DNA of 64,000 nt from Centroscyllium fabricii (taxonomy: Eukaryota). Below the pieces are notes generated by a model. That model saw only the letters and a list, made by a program, of their open reading frames with translations. It was not told the origin of the DNA and did no database searches. Of this stretch, positions 14,085 to 25,497 are shown in pieces. The translations under genes were made by a program, and so were the position numbers. The stretch lies in contig JBNRSN020000004.1 in the NCBI GenBank assembly GCA_051313645.2, positions 260,090,001 through 260,154,000 of the forward strand, given 5' to 3'. Within the stretch, counting starts at the first letter, position 1; the number at the start of each line of letters is the position of its first letter.

Positions 14085-15076
14085 TGTAACGTTTGGGTGG
14101 TGGGGCCCAAATGCAAGACACTGGGACAACGGTCTAGAGCTAAGATTCCTTTATTTCCCCACATGAAAATGCCAAAACATCTATATACATACAGACAAAA
14201 TATAACAATACAGAAATCAACGACATACACAAAACGCTTCGGATCCCCAGGACACTCAGCGAAGAGCATCAAAGAGTTAGGAACTAGAACAAGCTTTCCT
14301 CTGTGAGTAGAACCCTTTACAACGACTACTTCAATCAGAGTGGAACAAGCTTTATTCTGAACTGGAACAAGTTTTCTTCTGAACTGGAACAAGCTTTCTT
14401 CTGTGCGTAGAACCCTTTACAATGACTACTACCATCAGAGTGGAACAAGCCTTATTTTGAACTGGAACAAGTTTTCTTCTGAACTGGAACAAGCTTTCTT
14501 CTGTGCGTAGAACCTTTTATAACGACTACTACCATCAGAGTGAAACAAGCTTTATTCTGAACTGGAACAAGTTTTCTTCTGAACTGGAACAAACTTTCTT
14601 CTGTGCTCCCAGGACACTCAGCCAAGAGCATCATTATAACAGAAGGGGCATCCTAGTTATAAGGATTAAATGTCCAGACCTGAGTTCAGGTGATAGAGAG
14701 CAATGTCCAGAATGTAGAAACAGGAATTCTCCAGATTCCGCTCCACCGCGGGGTCTCACTCCAACAGAGTTTTCAGAAGGAGAATCCATAATATCTACAA
14801 GCAGGGGAACTCCCCACTTACACTGCCTCCACGGAGCTAGGACAGCACATCTGTATCCTAGTAGTAGGTAACGATCCGGCAATCTCCTGTTGCAAACCCA
14901 AAGCTTAAATACAGCTCAAGCTAATTGAGAAATTAGCTCAGTCCCCTTAATTGCACAAAACAATAAACGAGGTACAACTAGCTGTATTAACAGGAAAACA
15001 AGGGATAATGAATTAAACTGAGAACAGACATAGAATTTAAAGATGGAATCCTTAAAGGAGAATTCCATCCATGACA
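14085..15076 (-). mobile_element. Solo LTR (992 bp) with 6-bp TSD GTAATC
   Basis: TG..CA termini; GTAATC at 14079-14084 and 15077-15082; AATAAA on - strand near 14150; 3' end resembles solo LTR 44872-45845. Confidence 0.85.
14281..14605. repeat. 100-bp-period tandem array (~3.2 units) with internal ~22-bp subrepeats
   Basis: GAACT(G/A)GAAC recurs at 14281, 14381, 14481 and 14581. Confidence 0.9.
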
Positions 15077-15216
15077 GTAATCCAAATTTTTAATTGTATC
15101 AGCCATTAAAATAAAGTCTTGTTAAGTAATTTGGTTTTCCCCAATTGCACGTTTTAAAATGCCGACAGGTCAAGTCCAACAATCCCTGACAAAATGATCT
15201 ACCAGGTTGCTGTAGT

Positions 15217-18200
15217 TGTGGAAACCCTTGTATAGTTGTTTACCACTGTTATTATTGTACCAATAATGGGCTGTGCTGATGTAAGGCACAGCCCTGTATA
15301 CTGTGTAATACTGTTGGGAGCCAGGTCAGCCACATCTCCGACTCCTCCCCCAGGTGAGGCCCCTTTATAGGTGGAAACTGACCGAGGCTCCTCATTCCTG
15401 TACAGAAGTTCGTTCCGGAGGGTAGCTCCGTTCTTTAGCGATTAAAAGCCTTTAGTTTCGGTAACTAATCGTCGACTCTTTTAATCTAAGGTATTGACGA
15501 TACGTCAATTTTAATTGCTAAATATTTTAAAATGGAGAGCAGCGCAGTTAAACCTGAGAAGCTGGACATCAGTCCCCAGGACCCTGCCGCTGCTACCATG
15601 TTCGAACACTGGTTCGGCCTCCTGGAGGCCTACATGGACGCCGCCAAGGCTACATCGGACAGGAACAAACTGCAGGTCCTCCAGTCGAGGATCTCCAGCA
15701 GGGTATTCACCCTCATCAGGAATGCCTCAACCTACATAGCGGCCGTACGACAACTACGAAAATGCTACGAGCGCCCGGTCCATTCGGTCTACGCCCGACA
15801 TGTGCTTGCGACCAGATCTCAGCTACCGGGTGAGTCCAATGAGCAGTTCGAGCAAGCACTCCTGGCCCTGGTACGGGTCTGTGGCTGCCAAGCCAGAACA
15901 GCTGAAGAGGTGGCAGAACTCCTCGTTCGGGACGCTTACGTTACGGGTCTAAGGTGTGTGGAAGCCCGCCAGCGGCTACTTGAGAAAGACAATCTATCCC
16001 TCGAGGAGGCGACTAAGATAGCCAAATCAGTAGAGGGGGCCCGAAGCAAGTTACAGGCGTACAGCGGCACTAACCCGCAAGCCTACAACATATGGGCCGC
16101 GCCACAACAGGCCCAGGCCTGGGCAGCACCACAACGGGCCGAGACCCCCACGATGGCTGCGACAGCCACAAAAGATAAGCGCTGCTACTTCTGCAGCCAG
16201 GGACTGCACCCACGAGCGAAATAGCCCAGCCAGGACAGCGACCTGTGAGAGATGCGCTAAGAAAGGTCATTACGCTAAAGCCTGCAGATCAGCTCCAGCA
16301 GCGTCTAACCAAAGGTACAACAGTGCAGCCTGTGAGAGCACTGACAGACACCAGGTAAGCTGCAATAGCAGCGCGATCCAGCGATGGTCCGGGGGTAGAC
16401 AACAAGCGCCCCCATTTCCCACCCCGATGCGGCAAAGGCCGGCCAAGCGCGATCCCCCAACGCGGCCGGCTGCGTGCGAATCACGGGCACCGCCAACCCG
16501 ACCACCGCGGCCCGCTGCGTGCGAATCTCGGGCACCGCCAACCCGACCACCGCGGTCCACTGCGTGCGAATCACGGGCGCCGCCAGCGCGCTCACAGCGG
16601 CCCACCATGTGCGAGCCAGGGGCGCCGCCATTTTGTAAGCAGGGCCCCTCCATGTGCGGGCCAGGGGCGCCGCCATCTTGTATCCAGGGCCCCACCATGT
16701 GCGAGCCAGGGGCGCCGCCATCTTGTGTACAGCCCCGACCAGCAGCGGCCTCACGCACACAGAAACGCACGGCTGCGGCAGCCAGAATCAGAGTGAACCA
16801 GGACAGGCCACATACCCTGTCTAACTCTATAATGTCAATTTTGATTAATGACCACACTGTTAACTGCCTTTTTGACACAGGAAGCACTGAGAGTTTTGTA
16901 CACCCCGATACAGTGCAGCGCTGCGGACTGCAGGTCCTGCCCACTAACTACCAAGTCTCCCTTGCTTCACAGTCCCACACCGCGGACGTCACCGGCTACT
17001 GCTGCGTCACGCTCACCATCAAGGGGCGCGTGTACCATAATTTTAAATTGTATACCCTCCAGCAGTTGTGTGCCCCAGCCTTACTAGGTTTGGATTTCCA
17101 GTGCCACCTCAAGAGCGTGACAATGGAGTTCGGCGGGACCTTGCCCCCCCTCACTGTCAGTAGCCGGGACAATCCCTTCCCAAAGCGGAGCCCGGCCTGC
17201 GGCCTCTCCACCCTGAAAATCGACCTCCCCTCGCTGTTCGCCAACCTCGATCCGAAGCGCAAACCCATTGCTACTAAGAGTCGGCGGTACAGTGAGGGGG
17301 ATCGCACGTTTATCAGGTCGGAGGTCGGGCGGATGCTGAAAGTGGGGATAATTGAAGCCAGCACCAGCCCCTGGCGCGCCCAAGTTGTAGTGGTGAAGTC
17401 TGGCGAAAAACAGCGGCTGGTTATCGATTACAGCCAGACTATCAACCGCTACACCGGGCTCGACGCCTACCCCCTTCCCCGCATCTCGGAAATGGTCAAT
17501 CAGATCGCCCAGTACAAGGTGTTCTCCACGATTGACCTTAAATCGGCGTATCATCAGCTCCCGATTCGTAAAGCCGACCGCCCCTACACCGCCTTCGAGG
17601 TGAACGGTCGGCTCTACCACTTCCTCCGGGTCCCCTTTGGCGTGACCAACGGAGTGTCAGTGTTCCAACGGGAGATGGACCGCATGGTTGACCAAAATGA
17701 CTTGCAGGCCACTTTCCCTTACCTGGACAACGTGACCATCTGCGGCCATGACCAGCAGGACCACGATGCCAATCTGGCCAAATTCCTCACCACGGCGGAC
17801 AAGCTGGACCTTACATATAACAAAGACAAATGTGTCTTTAATACAGACCGGCTCGCCATCCTCGGATACTTGGTGGAGAACGGGGTCCTCGGCCCCGACC
17901 CACAGCGTATGCGACCCCTGCAAGAACTGCCCCTACCTCACAATCCCAAAGCCTTGAGGAGATGCCTAGGATTTTTCTCCTATTATGCACAATGGGTCCC
18001 ACAGTTCGCAGATAAGGTTAGATCACTCCTCAAGGCTGCCGTCTTCCCCCTTTCTGTAGAAGGCCAAACGGCATTCGCAAAGATAAAGGAAGATATTATC
18101 AAGGCGACCATGCTCGCTGTTGATGAATCCATCCCTTTCCAGGTGGAGAGTGACACTTCAGACTTTGCCCTTGCTGCCACCCTGAATCAGGCAGGCAGGC

Positions 18201-20007
18201 CCATAGCGTTTTTCTCCCGCACCCTACAGGGACCCGAAACTCGCCACTCAGCAGTGGAAAAGGAGGCCCAAGCCATCGTGGAGGCCGTGCGCTACTGGCG
18301 TCATTACCTGGCCGGTAAGCGTTTTACCCTGCTCACCGACCAACGGTCGGTGGCGTTTATGTTTAATAATAAACAACGGGGTAAAATCAAGAATGATAAG
18401 ATCCTGCGGTGGCGGATCATACTCTCGACTTACGAGTATGACATTCTTTACCGACCAGGTAAACTCAATGAACCCCCGGACGCACTGTCCAGGGGAACGT
18501 GCGCCAGTGCCCAGCTCGACCGGCTGAAGGACCTCCACGACCGCCTTTGCCACCCGGGTGTCACCAGACTTGCCCACTTCGTTAAGTCCCGTAGCCTCCC
18601 TTACTCCATCACGGAGATCAAGGCTATGACCCGAGAGTGCCCTGTCTGTGCCGAGTGCAAACCCCACTTTTTCCGGCCAGACACAGCGCACCTCATTAAG
18701 GCCACCCGCCCCTTTGAACGTCTCAGCGTGGACTTCAAAGGCCCCCTCCCTTCCACCGACCGCAACTCATACTTCCTCATGGTAGTGGATGAGTTCTCCC
18801 GCTTCCCCTTCGCCTTCCCCTGCGCTGATATGACGAGCGCAACGGTGATAAAACACTTCACCACGCTGTTCGCCATTTTCGGTCTCCCCAGCTACATCCA
18901 TAGCGACCGGGGGTCATCGTTCATGAGCGATGAACTGCGTCAGTTTCTGCTCCAGAAAGGGGTTGCCACGAGCCGAACGACCAGTTATAACCCCCGGGGG
19001 AATGGCCAGGTAGAAAGGGAGAATGGGATCATTTGGAAGGCGGTCACCCTGGCTCTCAAGTCCAGAGGCCTTCCAGTGTCCCATTGGCAGGCAGTCCTCC
19101 CAGACGCGCTGCACTCTATACGCTCTCTATTGTGTACCGCTACTAACGCCACCTCGCACGATCTGATTTTCTCCTTCCCTAGGAAATCGACTTCGGGGAC
19201 AGCTCTTCCACCATGGCTGACGACTCCGGGGCCGGTTTGGCTTAGAAGACATGTCTGGAGCCACAAGACGGACCCCCTGGTGGACAAGGTACAGCTCCTA
19301 CACGCGAACCCCCACTACGCATTCGTGCAGTTCCCAGACGGGCATGAGGACACCATGTCCATCAGGGACCTGGCTCCCACAGGAAGCACCACCGCAGAGC
19401 CCCTGGCCGGCCAGCAGGCCGCTCAGCTGCAGTATCCAGTAAACCCACCAGACACACGATGGCCTCTGACCTTCCTAGTACAGAACTACGACCCGGACTG
19501 CGGGGACCAGCCGGATCCATCGCCACCAGAAGCCACGGCACCCGATCAGCAGTCACCACCGGCAGATGCAAGTGGTGCGAACCAGGAGGCACCACCACCA
19601 ACACCGGAACGCCGGCGGTCCTCCAGGCAGACACGACCGCCGGACAGACTGATCATGAACTGTTCGGCCCATTCAACCTCCCCCCCCCGGACTTAAAATT
19701 TTCAAGAAGGGGTGAATGTGTTAACCCTTGTATAGTTGTTTACCACTGTTATTATTGTACCAATAATGGGCTGTGCGGATGTAAGGCACAGCCCTGTATA
19801 CTGTGTAATACTGTTGGGAGCCATGTCAGCCACACCTCCGACTCCTCCCCCAGGTGAGGCCCCTTTATAGGTGGAAACTGACCGAGGCTCCTCATTCCTG
19901 TACAGAAGTTCGTTCCGGAGGGTAGCTCCGTTCTTTAGCGATTAAAAGCCTTTAGTTTCGGTAACTACTCGTCGACTCTTTTAATCTAAGGTATTGACGA
20001 TACGTCA
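15217..20007 (+). mobile_element. Full-length Ty3/Gypsy element B
   Basis: 291-bp LTRs 15217-15507 and 19717-20007 (~6 differences), TG..CA, 5-bp TSD GTAGT, PPT AAGAAGGGGTGAA, no tRNA-type PBS. Confidence 0.97.
15532..19696 (+). pseudogene. gag-pol: Single gag-pol ORF of B broken by one 1-nt insertion at ~16223
   Basis: ORFs 15532-16224 and 16427-19696 differ by +1 frame; AAAT(A)GCCCA versus AAATGCCCA in C; two CCHC knuckles, DTGS, YLDN, RNase H, intact DDE. Confidence 0.93.
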
Positions 20008-20814
20008 GTAGTATAGTATTTTTTTCAACATCCATGAAAATCCATTGAGTGGAAAGTATGAAGATAATGGTAAAACAAGCTGGACTGCTTCCAGACCACA
20101 GTGAGGGCCAAATGTGATTCTACTGTGGCCTCTTGTACTGTGGAAATATCTTAAGCCTGGAAACTGTGATGCATTATCTTCTCATTGTCTGCAGAAGAAT
20201 CAGCAACAAATATGTTTTTCAATGGTAATTTGTTTTCATTCATTATAATTCTTTTCAAGCAACCATGAATTTCAACGGGATCTAACCCTCCTCCAAATTT
20301 CATTCATGTAGGTCAGAGATTATAGCTGTTTTCATCGCAATTATTGACAAAATGTCACCCAGACCGATATTGTAGTAGCAACATCTTAAATGATTGTTGC
20401 TGCAGTTAAAAATATACCAGATTTGCTTCTTCAGAATAAACAATATTTGTGCGCCCTCCGACAACATATTCTTTAGCACTGCATATCATTTTGTAGCAAG
20501 CACTGTTCAGTTAACTGTTTCAATACTACGTGTTTTTTCTGACATTCAAAAGTTGTACATTTTCTTTTCCATTTTACCTGTAAAAAACTTAATTTTCTGT
20601 ACACTTCTAAAGCTGCTTAAAAGAAAATATGCACCTTCAACTTTGGTGCTTTGCAGTAAAATAAAGGCCAAAACTGTCATCTTGTAACAGAATACCAAAT
20701 GTTGGAGTCTGTCACTATTGAAACAAATGTTAAACGCACATACACAGATAAACCAGTGACTTTGATCCTCTAGCTTCATATATTAATTGTCTCGAAATAG
20801 AAATATCTACGTAC

Positions 20815-20906
20815 CTGTGCAGTCGGGTGAGATCCAAAAGCAATGCTGAATCCAAAATGAGCTGAATTATGTTTTCTATTCATCCTGATAGAATACCAGA
20901 CAGCCC
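20815..20906 (-). CDS. Candidate 92-bp internal exon of a host gene, PDZ-like peptide
   Basis: CTTCTCTTGCTTGTTAG acceptor, CAG|GTACGT donor, open frame AVWYSIRMNRKHNSAHFGFSIAFGSHPTAQ. Confidence 0.35.
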
Positions 20907-22489
20907 CTAACAAGCAAGAGAAGTTTGAAAATGCACCATGTAGACATTATGTAAAATAATGAATGTTCAGGGTGAATTGTTAAGGTTTATTTATTTTGTC
21001 ATCAGCTTTTTTTTCTTTCATATGCATTAGTGAATGGGAAAACCCACCTTGGGTCATCTTTGCTACATATCAGTGACCATCCATGATGCTCTCTTTTGTA
21101 CAGAGTTTTTGAAATGTTGCTACTTTCCTCAAAGTCAAGCAGACAACTATGGAAACCAATAAATTTTCTACAATGGTATAACATTAAATATTTCATACAG
21201 CTAAAAATGTCCTCTTAATGTAAGAAACTTTAACAATCACTTAGTTCAAATAAAAGATGTTGCTTATTCATAGTATTGATTCCCAATTCCATATCTCACA
21301 TAATTTCTTTCAGGCAGATGTTTTCATTGTTAAGGGTCTGCCCTTTTAAACTTTGGAGCAACATAATATTTCTGTTGGCAAGGGTCAACAGTGCTCGGTG
21401 TACATCATCACTAACTTATTAGATCTTGGGGCAATTAGCTTAACACAAACAGAACAGACAAGACTAGCATTGAGCTACAGAAACCAGAAGAAAATAGCCC
21501 GTGGCACTCTGTTATTTTAGACTAGCATCAAAGCTTACCCATTCGCATTGGCAGAAAAAAGAACTGCATTGTTTTGGTGTAATATGTAATACAGTAGGAG
21601 GTTATACTGCATTATTTTTCCACTGATTCAGGTTACATTCAGGCTTGCACTGTTATAATAGCACAGTGGAAAGAACTTTTCACCTGGACACTATATGCAA
21701 TGTGCTGCATGGCTAGCGAAGGATTAAAATCCATTCAGATCCATCCCAGACATGGAAATCGAGCTGCTGCTTGTGAAAGAAAGGTAGATCCCTGTCATTA
21801 ACATTGAAATGCACTTCATAGTAAGAATTAAAGAGAGAGAAAACAGGAAGATGATAGGAAGAAATCTTATCCTGGAAACGTTATGTAGAGTGTTGAATCG
21901 AGTAGAGGTGGCGTGTGACTGAGTGACTAGGTGCGTTTTATTGGACATGATATTGTAATATGGTAATAAAGTACTGTTTCATAACACAATTAAAGCAGGT
22001 AATGGATAATATCCAAGATCAAATAAACACATTCAAATGTCCAATAATGAGTGATGCACTGTTTTGTAACATTTGCCATAGTATTGCAGCTTTCTGGTCA
22101 CTTTCCTCATGAATTAGCCAATTGTTGCCTTTGCCTGAAACTTAAAATTCACAAAGACTCAACTAAGCACTCAATCTGAATGAGATTACTTTTTATATAT
22201 TTATTCCAATTTGTGATAAATTTGAGGAATTTTTGAAAGCCAATAAACAAAAACCTCAGTTCTTATAGAAATTGTGGTATTGTTTAAAATTTAAATCATT
22301 TTCTTTTTGAAAGCCATTGTGAAGTATGTGAGGCTTAAGAATAAAAGAATTAAAAGTTCATTCTTGGTATTAGGGTTGAGGCAATTATCTTCCTCATGTC
22401 ATTTTTTTAAGAATACTCACTGTTATTAGTCCAGAGGCCAACAACGACAGCCTTCTAAAATCACAGTGCAGCTAAATTTTGCTAACGTT

Positions 22490-22625
22490 TGTGGAAAAGG
22501 GAATTGTGACAAAGGACTAGAGAGTGGCAATGATTACATGCCTATTTCAAAAAGGGGTAAATGATAAACCTAAACATTATAAGCCAATTATTTTTACCTC
22601 TGTTGTGGTAAACTTATTGGGGGAG
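22490..22625 (+). mobile_element. Old CR1 RT fragment
   Basis: Degenerate PIFKKG..NYxPISLTSVVGKL. Confidence 0.55.
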
Positions 22626-23229
22626 ACTTTTCTCTTTTGTGTTTGGACATAATTAATCACTTTGGTGGAGAGCATTGGGAAAAATTAGATGGAGATAACC
22701 GCTTGCCCATAATGGAGCCCGCCCGATTTACCATCCATTGAGTTTAATGTATAGAAAATCAGATCGGTTCCATCTGATGTTTTCATTGAAATTAATGGAA
22801 GGAAAATTGGGCAGATTCCTTTACAAGCATGCACTACGCCACCCAAATTACTGATATTCGCTGTGCCTAGGCGATCCAATTCATGTGGGTTTTCCATTTC
22901 CAATGAAAAAAAACTTTTATTTTTTGTATTTTTTCCATTGTTCATCATTGTTATTTGTAAATTCTCATCATAGTTGATGTGTGACACAAATTGCCACGGC
23001 ACATTTAGGATTCGACAGGAAATGTCAGAAACAACAATTTCCAAGAATCCTCTTTCTCTCGCTCTTTTGCAACACACTTAAAATTTGTTACCATAAGATT
23101 TACAAATGTAGGTCTGCTGTAGCTATTTGCTGATGTTCAGCGGCATCAGTCACTCCCATGAGCAGTTTGAGTCTTAGGATTATGGGAGTTGACTAACACT
23201 GAACTATATCTACTTATACAATAGTGGGA

Positions 23230-23780
23230 CCCATGGGTGTATTATCTCAATCACTATCTTAAACTATATGATAGTGTCATCACTACTCCCTAGATATTCT
23301 CCCAAGCATACTTCTCTTATCTGCTCTGGTTCATTTCCCATGACTAATGGAGCAGTGCTGCCTCCCTTGTTGGACTTCTTACATATTCACTGTGCTTTGT
23401 ACACACTGGAAAAACTCCATTCCACTTTCCCCTTTCACTCTCTCTCCTTGCCAGTTTATTTAGGGGAAGCTGAAATTCCCCATGATTATGATTCTGTTTT
23501 TGATATTTACATCATAGATTTATCTATATATTTCTCCCCCCACTTGCTTCCCACTATTTGGTTATCTGTCTTACACCCCTGAGTGTTACTGATCCATTCA
23601 TATACTTAATCAGAATCCATCTGCTTTGATCTCTTTTTTTGTTATGTTCTTCCTTGCTACTTCCATTATGTTAGTTCTGCTTGGCACAGTTACACCACCA
23701 CTCCATTCTACCTTCCTAATCTTTTCTAAATACATTAAAGCTTGCAATATTTAACTACCAATCCTTTCCTGTCTGAAATC
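23230..23780 (-). mobile_element. Old CR1 endonuclease-region fragment
   Basis: Degenerate IIMGNF.FP.INW near 23450-23490; boundaries approximate. Confidence 0.4.
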
Positions 23781-24026
23781 AAAGCCCTATATTTACTCAG
23801 AGGCGTGTTAAGAGCGGGGGGGCGGGGGTGGAGGTTGTGGGGGGTGGGGGTCCGATATTGAGTGGTGAACCCGGAAGTAAGTTCAGCATGTCTGTCTGTG
23901 GCTTTTTAACACAGCCACCTCATCATTATTTTACTTTCAGGTTTGGCGTTGATTGCACTGCAGCAGGCGTGATGAGGACTCACATGAAGCAATTTCAACT
24001 CCAGTATTTAAACAGCCAATCCAAAG

Positions 24027-24296
24027 ATGAAATTTGCAGGAGCTGGAGGTGGAAGCAACAGAGGAAGAAAGCTCAGTATGCATTCAGGAGGCTCAAAGAC
24101 TGCATTTGATGTGCTGTTGGGAGCTGGGAGAAGCCGGAGAGAGATACTTCTCCCTAGCAATGAGAGGAAGATATCTGCTGCTGAAATAAAGAAAGCGTGG
24201 CTAGAAGTGGCCCAGGAGATCAGCAGCAGGAACAAATTGTCACACTCATGGATTCAGTACAGGAAGTGCTTTAATAACATAACTGGGTCAGGAAAA
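24027..24296 (+). pseudogene. Harbinger Myb/SANT-like gene, exon 1
   Basis: RREILLPSNERK..KKAWLEVAQEISSR..SWIQYRKCFNNI followed by donor AAA|GTGAGT; homologous to 7480-7887. Confidence 0.8.
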
Positions 24297-25497
24297 GTGA
24301 GTACAGTTGCACATTCACCTACATCCTGCTGTGTGTATGACGTATCGTCAATTAAGACACAAAGGCGAATAGTTACCTCAATTAAAGGCTTTCATTAACT
24401 ATAGAATGGAGCGGGTCTCAGCTGAGCTCGGGTCTGTACTGACCGGGGGATGGTAGGCAATTACCTATATACCTGGACTCAGGGGAGGAGTCAGAGGTGG
24501 GTCAGCTGAGGCAGGCTCCTGTATACCGATATCTACATATGTACAGTGGTGCATTATGGTACCATTACACTGGTACAATACAGTGGTGAAATACAGGTTT
24601 ACCATATTCACCCCTTCTTTAAAAATGAGTCCGGTGGGGTGAACATGCGCTAACACAGTTGGCAATTTAGCATTCTGTGATCAGTCTCTTGGGTGGCCGT
24701 GTCTGCCTGAGGGACCGACGGGGTGCCGGTGATGGTGGTTCTGGTCGTGTTGTCCGCCAATGGTGGCAGCGGTGTGATGTCCGACCTCTGTTCGTCGAAC
24801 GTTGATGTCGAAGGCCCCGGTGTTTGTGTGTATGGGAGCCAGTGTTCGGTGGGTGGTGGCTGGTGGAGCTGAGGCTCAACCGGGGATTCCGTGATCGTGG
24901 TCCCGGAGGGCGCCAGGTCCCTGATTGAGGATGTGTCTTCGCGCCCGTCCGGGTATGCCACGTACGCATATTGCAGGTTGGCGTGGAGCAGGTGCACCCG
25001 TTCCACCAGGGGATCCGTCTTCTGGCCGCGAACGTGCTTCCTAAGCAAGACTGACCCCGGGGTGGTCAGCCACAGGGGGAGTGCTGTCCCCGAAGTCGAT
25101 TTCCTGGGGAAGGAAAACAATTGTTCATGAGGTGTGGCATTGGTAGTGGTACACAGCAGAGAGCGGATGGAATGGAGCTGATCGGGGAGGACCTGCTGCC
25201 AACGGGATACTGGAAGGCCTCTGGACTTCAGGGCCAGGGTGACCGCCCTCCAGATTGTCGCGTTCTCCCTTTCTACCTGGCCGTTACCCTGGGGGTTGTA
25301 ACTGGTCGTTCTGCTCGAGGCAATCCCCTTCTGGAGCAGAAACTGATGCAGCTCATCGCTCATGAACGATAATCCCCAGTCGCTGTGGATGAGGCTGGGG
25401 AGACCGAAAATGGCGAACAGCGTGGTGAAGTGTTTGATCACCGTTGTGCTCATCATATCTGGGCAGGGGAAGGCAAAGGGGAAGCGGGAGAACTCGT

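Noticed and set aside
14281-14605. CRISPR-like repeat/spacer pattern
   Set aside because: The intervening segments are themselves repeated; it lies in a eukaryotic solo LTR with no cas genes
16210-16240. Programmed gag-pol frameshift in B
   Set aside because: It falls inside a zinc knuckle and C is continuous at the same site
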